Positions 12,336 to 23,335 of a stretch of 64,000 nucleotides of DNA are shown piece by piece. The stretch covers positions 62,001 through 126,000 of the forward strand of contig JBEWZL010000064.1 of assembly GCA_045837725.1 (NCBI GenBank), in the 5' to 3' direction. This stretch comes from Vermamoeba vermiformis (Eukaryota). Within the stretch, counting starts at the first letter, position 1, and each line of letters begins with the position of its first letter. The notes below the pieces were generated by a model. The model was not told where the DNA came from. It made no database searches and was given only the letters and a program-made list of their open reading frames with translations. Both the position numbers and the translations under genes were made by a program.

Positions 12336-13661
12336 TTACAGGGGTTGTAATTCACTAGCTCCTTTTTTGGCCAGTTCATCAGCCTTTTCATTGCCATAAA
12401 TCCCTGTATGGGCGGGGACGTACGTCTGCATCCGCTGTTAGACATGAAGTTCCTCTGTGTATTATATACGTACCCATAATACTTTCCCTTCTCTATTTGT
12501 TATGATTTCATCGAGCGTCTTGAACAGATCCAGATTCTCGACTGTTTTTTTGAAATTTGTTTTCTTCCAGTTCGGCATCCACTCCGTCATGGCTACAAGC
12601 ATAGAACTCATTAATATTGTGGTGCATGTATATGACATACTAACAATCAGCACTACCTTTCATAACATAATGACTGTCTGTTCGCAGCTCTACTGGTTTG
12701 TCCGTTTCAACTTGCCTAAGTGCAGCAATCGCAGCCTAATTTCCAGCCAAAATAAAATTAATAAAATTTTGTTAAAACGAACGTAAAGTAACGCACCATA
12801 ATCTCAGCACGTTGATTGGTTTGTTTTGTTCCTTCCAATGGCAAGCTAATGTTTCTATGTTGACACGTGTCAAACGCTATTTTCATGACCAAAAATGGCA
12901 ATAGGGTACTCACCGTTTATCGTCTTTACCAAAAAAGGCACCGTACCCCGCCTTGGCGTGTGGCGTGCCGTTGTTTGTGCAAGCCCCGTCGATGAAGACT
13001 ACGACTGGCTGGTCACTCGAGTTGGCAGTTGTGCCGTAATTCTTCAACATGGACGCGTCAACTTTATCCGCAGAATTCAATTCTTCTAGGACAGTATTGA
13101 CATCTTTCTTTTCAGCGGTCTTTTTTGTCCTCGGTTTGCGTTGTTTTTTAGGGCTCGTTGTGCCGCTGGTCTCGTCGGCTGATTCTTTTGGAATTTTTGT
13201 AATTGTTTTTAATTCGTGGTCTATATGAATTTCGCCGTGCTCGTTCTGAAACACAAATTTTTCATTTTCAACAATTAATGTGATATTTTTGGCTATTTTT
13301 TGGACTTTTTGCGGTGGTTCTTCAGGTACATTATTATTCGAACTGGCACTTAATATAAGCGCTTCAAGTTTTCTTTTTTCACCAACAGGCCCATCAATAT
13401 CTAGTATCAATAATGTTATTATAGCTAAATATGGCTATTTGCATTCGTACTCAAGTACTCTTTGGCCTCTTTTTCTGATACAAAACTCTTGAACTCACTG
13501 CCTTTGAATCCCGTGACCTGTGCATTGCATTCGTTCCTTATTCGACCATATAAATTAACATATTCTAATATAATGCTAATGATCGCGTACCAATCAGTGT
13601 AAATGCCTGGTTTGCGGCCTTTTCGCACAGCGTACCATTTGGGAGTATTTCGTTTTGACAT
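12336..13661 (-). CDS. RNASEH1: Ribonuclease H1 with N-terminal hybrid-binding domain
   Basis: WYAVRKGRKPGIYTDW...FKSF; VFIDGACTNNG...AGYGAFFG; TNQRAE; VENLDL; YVPAHTGIYGNEKADELAKKGA. Confidence 0.93.
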
Positions 13662-14184
13662 TGTCCTCAATATTGTTGAAATACGAAATAACTGATCGAT
13701 AAATTAATATTATTTAGATTTAATAAGCGTGACATACGCTCATCCAAGCACGGAGGACCTAAAATATTAAAAAAAATTAGTTGAGAATAATTCAAACAGT
13801 GATTAAATAATAAAAAATAAGTAAAGAACGAATATAATATACCATAGCGAATTATTTTAAATTCTAATGCATATTACATCAAGATCCAAACACGAAATAA
13901 GATTCTACATTACAAAGCTAATAATACATCGATAATATTGTGCCCTAATACACAAAAGCATACCTAGAAAAATAAATTGTGTTGTTTGGATTGCTTTGAA
14001 CGAACTACTGACTTGACAGAAAAATCATTTTTGGATCGTTCGAACTGCAGTCGATTACAAATTTCAGAGTAAGCTAAAACTTTATTATTTTACATGGGTT
14101 GTTATAGTTATGTATCATTTCGCGGTCCTCCTCTCTTACAGAGCAAGACTACGCGCAGAAAAAATTGGCGCCAATTTCCGGATC

Positions 14185-16593
14185 TCAATGCAAGTAGCCG
14201 CACTAGGAGTCCAATTAGTATGTTTAATAAGAAATAAATATTGCCTTTTTACTTACACCGCTCCTGATGTACTCTTCAAGACCACCAGTCTTAGATGCGA
14301 CGAGAACCTGTTGCGTATCCACTGTCATTGGCACTAACGGGTACGTAGATGACGGAAATACCTTAAATCCAGCGTTAATATCACAAATTATTGCCATAGT
14401 GGGCATAATATACTTACTGCATTCAACAAAATGTCCAATGGCACGTTGCTCTTGGTAAAATTATACATCGAGCCCAGTCTACGAATTAATTTCCGTTAGA
14501 TCCTTACTATATTATATAAATAGCTCCTATATAACACTTACTTGTGCTTTTCTTCCGTTGAGACTGATTGCCACCAGCTAAAAAGTATTGATGAGTACCC
14601 GTGACTTTGCGTGCCTAAATATAGTAATGGCGCGTACCTAGGCCCATTCAACGAGTGCACAATGCTCTTGCTCTTTGGGTCATAATAACTTATTGCTAAA
14701 CTCGTCGGTTCTGTGCGGCTGAATCGGATCAACAAGTGCTTCGGATGGTCCTTCAGCAATTGCTAAAAACCATCGTGGTAAGAAAGGTGATAATAGTAAG
14801 AGAGACTAATAACTTACTGTTGCATATAACCGATTAATAAAGCCGCAAAATCCTCGGCCCATAATGTATTTTTCAAAGTTATCGAAGAATTTCTCCATTG
14901 GTCCAAATAACGACACGAACACGTGCCACCTACAAACGAATTAGCACAATACATGGTAATAGTGAATTAAAGACGCTTACTTGTACGTTGTGACGACGTT
15001 GTCTTGCGGGAAATTCAATAAATAAACAAAAAATGAATCGACACGTCCTGGATCTGTGGTGTCTTTTTTGATGTGTTTCTGTAGCAATTTTCGTACCACA
15101 TTTTTGTAAAAATACTACGTATAAAATATTAGTAATTATACAACTCATATTTAAAGCCGTACAGGCTATTTCGCTTTTTTATAATTATTCTAATTTTTAA
15201 AGGTTAAGAATAACCAAATCGGGAAAGCGGTAAACTGCCGTATTCTTAAGTATGAGCATGTACTTTGAAGCATTAAGTAATAGCTATTTTCGATAAGGTG
15301 CGGGAACTTACTCTGAAACTGCAAAAGTGCGTGTTTTTGCCAACGGTTAACTCCCAGATCGCACACGCCTGCAAGAATTAGCGTTAAATTAAGATGTAAT
15401 ATACTAGGCACGAGCTAATGTTACTTTAGGATCGCTAATAATCATTGAGGGTGTTTCTACTAGCGCCATGGTTTTCGGATCACCTTTCAGCGGGAACATT
15501 TCGACGAGCTGTGTCAGTAACCTGCATATCAAAACAATTCTTAGAATTTATTCGCTTATTATTCCTATTTAGCGCAAAAAAAACTTTCTTATCGAGCAGA
15601 CTCGCGTTTTCAAAAATGAATCAATTAAATGGCAGAAATGGCCTGGGAATGCAGGTTGAGCGAGAGCATATTATAACGTGTAATTTCTCGTGGGTCAATA
15701 ATACTACTATGGAAACTTTGACAAGAAAAGTCGATCTACAAAAATAAAAATGAAAAAAAGTATTACCTTCTCAGACTGAGCTCTAATATATCAAAATTGA
15801 TCGTCATTTCCATCTCCTTGCGCGCTATTTGCCCCAAAATTTTTACAGTCGATTCCATCATGTCTGTCAGCAACGCCAATACGACATTATAAGCTTTGGT
15901 GCTCATCCGTTTCTTGATGACAGCTGATTGCTGTAAATAATTTTTGATGTGCAAGTTGGTGTTTAATAAATAATCTAATCGCGTATCATCGGGTCTGTAG
16001 TCTAAATTGCCCTTCATGTCTCGCTGGATCTTTTCAATCCTTCCTTTCATTTCCTTTAATAGCAAATTAGCGTATGGCCGAGGTAAGATCAATAGTAGAG
16101 TAATAATATGATCGTATTTAGCGTAAATAGAATCACTATTGAATAAAGATTCGATCCGTATTTGGTTCGGACTTTAAAAAAAGTATTTTCGAAATTCAAA
16201 TTGCAAAAGTATTATATAACGTGTGCTTAGACTAAGTATAATCGAGGATAATTTACCTTGTCGTTTTTCTGGTCCAGGGTGGCGACTAAAAAAACACCTT
16301 CATCGATCTGCTTTGCTAGAGCAGCTGCTTGTGCTAAATTCTTCTCCGTATGGTGCTTCCATAATAAGGGAGACTCGCAAGCGACGTACCAATTGCGATT
16401 CACCAAACAAGCGGATCCTATATCCAACGTTCGAATCTCCAACAAGAGCTGCGATTTAATTGACTATATTTAGTAAATTTAATTTACATAATATATTTTG
16501 ATGCATTACCGGCAATATTAGATCCTGCTCTGGTTTTGTAGTTGTGATATCACCCAAATCCGTTTCGTGATAGGGCGTCGTCAAATATTCCAT
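14185..16593 (-). CDS. F-box protein with Cbl/SHK-type EF-hand-SH2 region
   Basis: LILP|SIKSQLLLEIRTLDIGSACLVNRNW (F-box-like); IISDPKACAIW; VTTYKWHVFVSLFGP; GFCGFINR...LLIRFSRTEPTSLAISY (SH2-like); about 11 exons, internal boundaries partly uncertain. Confidence 0.65.
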
Positions 16594-17115
16594 AGTCCTC
16601 TACTCTATCGCTCTCATGTATTATTTTATCTGTGACTGCTATCGCTGATAAGATTGATTGCAGTTGTGTTTACGCCTTGCGCAGCTGGAACAAAAATTAA
16701 TTAACGATAAACACTGTAAATTCCGGACACCAAAAGCCGTATATTCTTACTACAGATGTCGAGCGTTGAGGGTAGTTGCTAGACTTGTAGTAACGGTGGG
16801 TTTCTTTGCCCGCGGACTAAATTTCAAATTTGGATCTCGGACCAAAATGGACTTATTTCTAGTGAAATCTTGTGCCTTTGTATTAGCGTTGATGTACTAA
16901 TGAACGGAGGACAATAAAATGTGTCGGCAATGGATTGAACTTCGGGAGAAAACACAATGAAATTTAACCCAATAAAAATTCGCCGGCTATTCTTGATTGC
17001 AAATTTGATAGGCATTCATTATTATTGACCCATCAATAGGACTGCAACGCGCCTTTTGTATATTGTAAATAAATTAGAACTACGTTCGTCTTTGTATATT
17101 TTGTAAATAGCCACA

Positions 17116-19091
17116 ATGGAATGGACGTCATACACAGACACCGGACTTGAACCACGGTAAATAATTTATTTTATATTACATTATATAATAAATATATGCT
17201 ACGATATAGGGCTTCCACTTAAAGATTAATTCGATCGACGTCTGATCATAATTTTGTTTTTTGGGTAGGGCTTGGCATACCGCAAATACGATTGGAAATA
17301 AAGCTCTATTCTTTGGAGGTGCATCTTATTCACGACTTAGAACCTCAAAATGCTATAATGAAATTGTTGTCTATGATCCAGGTATTTGAAACTCCCATCT
17401 GTTTTTGGCTAGATACGGATAATAATACGCGTTCTTTCACTTGCATTTTATTACCGATTTTTATGGTTGTTTATTGACATTTGAACCTTCCAGAATTATT
17501 GACATTTTCGCCTATCACAACATCTGGTGACGTTCCACCGCCCCGTGCAAGCCACACTTCTTCACTGGTAAGTGCAATGTATTATGCAATTTTTATTCTA
17601 TATCCGTACAATTCAGAGGCGATTCTGTGGAAATTTCGTGTCTTTTTTCGTCGATCGAGCTCGAACACTTCACAGCCAATTGTAGCTAATTGACTATGAC
17701 AGTACCTATCCGATAAAATCTTCGTTCATGGTGGAGAACGACGAGATAATGGTGAATTACCCCGCTATCATCAAGATGTTTATACTTTCGATGCCAGTAA
17801 GTTACTTACTAAACACGTCTCGCTAGAATTCTCACTAAGTAATAATTACAGCTGAAATTCGGTGGCAAAGGCAATCAGTAAGAGGTACTCTGCCCGAGCG
17901 AGAATGTCATTCGGCCAGTGTCATTGACAACAAACGAATTTACATTTTTGGAGGCGCAACCTACGACGGCGCCTATCACTACTACGACGACACTACGGTC
18001 ATTGATACAGGTAAGCAACGATGTTGTCAAATAGTTTGTTTTATTTAGTAACACGTGATTCAGTCAGCATGCAAAGTATGAAAGTAGACGCGCGCGGTGA
18101 TAAGCCCGAGAGCCGTGCTGGGCATTCCGCGACAGTACTGCCCAATGGCAAGATATTTCTGTTCGGCGGTGAAGGTGTTGTGGACGGCTGCTATTTTAAC
18201 GACAGCTTCATGTTTGATCCAGGTACGCGGCACAACTAATGACACGATGCGAATTTGGTGGATTACTAACCCTATATTACTAGCCAATAACACTTGGAGT
18301 AAAGTTGCGACATCTGGTCGTATTCCACCTTCACGTGCAGGTCACTCGGCAGTGTTGATGGGGCACAAACTGTACATTTATGGAGGCTACAACAGCAACG
18401 GCACCAAGTTCTTTTACTTCTCGGACATGTACCGCTTAGATATTCGTAAGTAGCTTCGTTTTTCGTTAATCTCCTCTGGCTTCTTATGTACGAGTTGCGG
18501 GTACGTGAGCCTAACCGATTTTGCTTGTAGGATCAATGGAGTGGGAGAAACTAGACAACCTTATCGGCCCTTCACCCGTCGAAATGAGTTCACACGCAGC
18601 CACGGCGATTGACGAGAACAAAATGATCATTTTTGGTGGCACAAAGGACAACATGTTTTACAACAACGCCTTTGTTCTGGATACACGTACGCACCAACAT
18701 CACATCTAACACGTGTCTATTACTAAATTTATCTTATGCAGAAATCTCTTTGAAGAAGCTGTGCATGGCTCAGGTGGCAAAAAATCGTTCCTTGACAAAG
18801 ACGGTCAATCGCCAAAATATTTTGCCTTATGACCTCAAGGACGAGTTTGTACAATATTATGTCAAGTACTACAACTTGCCTAGTGACTGCAAGACTCGCG
18901 AGAGAAGCAACTCGTGCGGATCGAACAGCTCGATGAGCGAGATCAGCTGGATTTCTTCAGAAGACGAATCCATGGGCTTTGATTCGGATTCGGATATTTA
19001 TATGGAAGATATTCCTGGTAATTACAATGACCCTCTTGGCGATTTTTTTGAACACAAGCCGATCGAGGTAGAAGGACACTCGTGGTGGTAA
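17116..19091 (+). CDS. Kelch-repeat protein with C-terminal BC/cullin box (KLHDC3-like)
   Basis: Six kelch repeats (PPPRASH, RAGHSA..., IFGG/FGG/YGG) over 9 exons, then SLKKLCMAQV...LPYDLK. Confidence 0.8.
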
Positions 19092-19262
19092 ATAGCGTAC
19101 GTTACATTATTGTAAATATGTAAATAATATAATGTAAATACTAATGGAATAAAGGAATATTGTAGATATTATTCATAATTAATTTTTTCTAATTTTTTTC
19201 GTGCAGGTGGAGCAGAAGTCTGTCTTCTGCGTGCTTAGAAACGAGATCAATGTTGTCGACGC

Positions 19263-19355
19263 GGAAATGTGAACCAGAAACAAGCAGGAACGGCCTTTAA
19301 TTTCTAGGAACTGGATGGGGTCGTTATTCCAACTTGTTTCTGGTTCACATTATCC
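19263..19355. repeat. Long hairpin with perfect 19-bp inverted repeat
   Basis: AATGTGAACCAGAAACAAG (19266-19284) and its exact reverse complement CTTGTTTCTGGTTCACATT (19333-19351), with additional inner pairing. Confidence 0.9.
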
Positions 19356-19487
19356 TATTCGTATTAATTGTTGATGGGCATTAAAACTGATCAGTTCTGT
19401 AAGAGTGTACCACGAATGATTAATCAGTCGACTCCGTAAGTCAATCACTGCAATAGTACACGCAATTACTAACATATTAATAGAACA

Positions 19488-22400
19488 ATGCAACACCAAG
19501 GAGAGCAACGAACTATCAAAACACTCGTTATAATTTTAATCCTAATTGAAATTGTGCTTGCATCTGTACAGCTCGAGACGAAATTGCAACTGGCATCCAA
19601 ACGTGCTTATTTTTCAACTGTACAAGCTGGCAACAAGATCTTTTTTATTGGAGGATACGAGCACAGCGACTACGTTGCATCAGATGTGATTGATGTTTTG
19701 GATTTGGCATCCAGCTCCTTTGAAACTCCGCTCAACTTGTCAACACCACGAGGTCGTATTTCGTCGATCGTAATTGGCCCGAAGATATACATGGTTGGTG
19801 GTATTTCTTACTCCTGTCTTCCCTTCACGTATTCAAGCGAGAACAACAACTTTTCTACAAGTGGCTTCACTTCCGGACCAACAGTACGACGACCCATTCG
19901 CATGGCTCTCCACGACTCCACTCTCACTGTCATTGGAGCTTATTCGGTTGATTTCATGAACACAACAACAAAACAATGGACTCACAACTAACAACTCACA
20001 CGTGTCATGTCACAAGTGTTTGACACGACAACTATTTCACACCACAACTCTGTATTCGTCGTTGGCGGCAAGAATGCGACATCTCAACAAGAACTGACGA
20101 GTGTGTGGGTGCTTGACTCGCCATCAAGTACGCCAGAAGAGTCTCATGACAAAGTTGCACCAGTCTCTTCTTCGATGTTCGTTGGTTCTTGGTTCGACGA
20201 AGACAACTCAGCAGTGGTGATTCAGTTCTCGAATCAATGCTTGGTGTATCACACATCATCACGGACATGGCTGCGAAGAGACACGAACAACAACTCGATC
20301 TCATCAGTGTCGTTCCAAAACAGCACAAAGGTGTTCTTCACAGATGGCTACTGGACAATCGATTGGCATCACATGAACGACACGTGGACATCACTCGATC
20401 AAATCAACATTGCATTCACAGTTGGTGATCAACTCGTGTTCTCATCAGGCCAACAAATGACCATCATGACAAACGATACCTCCGTTACTCAATCAGTCGA
20501 TATTGGTCCTCTTGCCTTGTCAATGCAAATGTCATCGTCACACTTCCTCCTAGTGAACACCAGTAGCTCCATGTTTGTCTACGACGCGTCTACAAAACAG
20601 TTGAATCCCGTCTATAGTGCTCTAAGATTCGTTCCCGTCAGCATTTTTCGAGGCAACAATTCACAAGTTTACGTCATTGGTGCACTTCAGGGCGCAACTT
20701 TGCAGTCCGTTTTCATCACTGTCCAACCAGATTCATCGTTTCAAACACTCGTGTCGACCTTATTTCCTCAAGTCCTGATTGGCAATAACTTCTTTAACCT
20801 AACCAACGGCACGTGGGCTGCAGCTGACTCTCCATATGATGTACGTTCATTCGATCAAACATTTCCGACGGCAATATGGACCCAACAAGGCGATGAATTT
20901 TACCTGATGCAAACTTCATCGTTCACCTCATCTCCCAATGCTCTCTCGCAGTACAACGCCGTCGACGTCTACAATTATGTTCGAGGCGAATGGGAGAGCT
21001 CTATTCCCATGACGGACATCCCTGTTTTGGTGAACAAGTACTTCCCAGTTGTGGAGTTTGATGGAGTGCTGCATGTATTTGTGAGGAATATCGTCTTTCA
21101 ACTGAATGCGACTGGAGATTGGAACAGAAAGTCTGTCGGCGCCTCGAATCTAGCAGCATCGCTAACACATCCGACTTACGTACCAGTCCCCGTAATCGAC
21201 AACACAGCCTACGTGCTGGATGCCGGAACCGGTTTACTGACCTCAACGCCGGACATGAGAGTACAGGCAATTTCAACCGGATTAGTGGGATTATCACAAC
21301 AATTGGTCAGCACGAAGACGCAAGTCATTCAATCAATCGTCGTAAACTCAAACTACAGCCTCATCGCCACTTATGATATCCCGAGCAACAGCTGGAGAGG
21401 CGTGCAATTTGTGCCTCCTCAGTCCATGGTCTCGATTGCTGTCTATGATGGCGTAGTGCTGGCTCTTGGCGATGACACGGAGTCACTTAGCTACTTAAAC
21501 GTTACCTCCGATCAATGGACCAGTGAACCCTTCGACAACGCACACGTGCCTGCTTCAATGTTCACACTTCAGTTGTCGAACTACAACAGAACAGTGTTGG
21601 TGATTGCAGGTGGATATCACAGAACAAGTCGACATTACACTGATGAAGTCAAGTTCATCACCATCGATATTGAATCATCACCACTTGAAGCTTCTCCATC
21701 GACAACTGTCACCACTCCTTTGTCACCACAACAAACAGATTCAAGTGCTTCCACCATTGTTATTGCAGTCGTTGTTCCAGTCGTGATCATTGCCGTTGCA
21801 GCAGTGGTTCTTGCAATACTGTTGGTGAGAAGAAAACGACAACGAAGAAGAACACAGTCAGCATCAACAACGATCGGATTGGAACAACAGTTCGGTGAGT
21901 GGTTCATTCCATTCAGTGACATTCACTTTGGCACTCAGCTTGGTCAAGGAGCGAACGGCCAAGTGTTCAAAGGCAAATGGAAGAACACTGATGTTGCGTT
22001 GAAAGTGAGCATGACACAAGCGAATCAAAGTGTCATCTCCGAACTGTCACTGATGATCAACATGCGACCTCATCCAAATGTCGTGCAACTCTTTGGATTT
22101 AGCGTGCATCCTGAAACGAACAGTGTTATATTGATCATTGAGTACTGCAACGGCGGATCGTTAGACAAGCAACTTATGGACAAGAACGCGTCAGAAATAC
22201 CCATCAATCAGAAGGCTTCAGTTGTTGCATGGCATCGCTCGTGGTGTCGTTCACTTGCACTCGAACAACATTGTGCATCGAGACTTGGCAGCGCGCAATG
22301 TGTTGTTGCATCAAGGAGAACCAAAACTGACAGACTTTGGCATGTCACGCATTGTGGATGATCAACAACAACGAGGCACAACCAAATCAGAACTTGGACC

Positions 22401-22760
22401 CATTCGATGGATGTCACCTGAGTCACTCGGCGGCAAACAGTACTCAACCAAGTCAGGCAAGTCTTCGAATAATATATTTACACAACTCAATCAGCTTCTA
22501 ACGCTTCGTTGCTTTCAGATGTGTGGTCATTTGGTATTCTCATGTTCGAAGTGCTTGCACAGCAAGAACCTCACCTTGATGAAGATCCAATCGAAGTTGG
22601 ACGCAAGATCAGAGACGAAGGACTCACACCTCACCTTCCATCATCGTTGGAGTGCTTGAGTGACTTCACATCGATCATGAATCAGTGTTGTACATTTGAT
22701 CCGAACTATCGTCCAAGTATCGAACAAGTCCTTCAAAAACTCGAGCAGATTCCTCTGTAG
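19488..22760 (+). pseudogene. Receptor tyrosine-kinase-like gene, copy 1, disrupted
   Basis: Colinear with copy 2 but TAA at 19989-19991 where copy 2 has GAA, and an extra G at 22214-22215 in the kinase domain; GC-AG intron 22457-22518. Confidence 0.75.
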
Positions 22761-23335
22761 GGCAACAATCGTCTTCATTCATTCGCACAGCGAAACTAAT
22801 TTATTTATAAAGAAGAAAACTAATAACGAAGCAAACGTAATTATAACGTAACGTGTACTCGCAATTAATAAGACATTGATAGCTGGTTCTTGAGTGCGTA
22901 TTGTTTGCATTTAAATTGCAAAATTTGCCTTCCACCTTTTAAACAGTACGCAGCAAGTCACCTCCACTACTTACCGAAATAAATGTTTTTACAATTAATC
23001 CGTGTCAAGCAACAGATAATCAACAAAAATCGGATAATGCAGTCTGAAAAAATCGGATCGGGTGGATGGGGAAAGGAAGGTAAGCTTCGAATAATTAAGC
23101 GTAACAAGTTACCTCGTTGCCACTTATTTTTTTTATTCTGACGGTCCCCATTTTAGCAATTGCGGACCTAAAAGCATGTAAAAAGACTGTGTTTTGCTTG
23201 ATGAACGTTGGCAAGACCAAAACCACGAGCCATCTTAAGACTTAAGTCCGGAGAGTATTATCCGGTGGTAAGATATTAATTTTTGCCAGCTGTTGTTGGG
23301 AATCTAATTTCGATTTTCAACAGAATGAATCAAAG

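Noticed and set aside
12336-13661. RNase H as retroelement or caulimovirus remnant
   Set aside because: Intron-containing cellular RNase H1 layout; no RT, integrase or LTRs nearby
16093-16256. Possible break between F-box exon and the rest of the SH2 gene
   Set aside because: Phase-0 splice NDK|EMK using GCTAAT...AAAG resolves it
19989-19991. In-frame TAA as genetic-code reassignment
   Set aside because: TAA terminates many genes here; single G>T change versus the paralog, plus a second lesion
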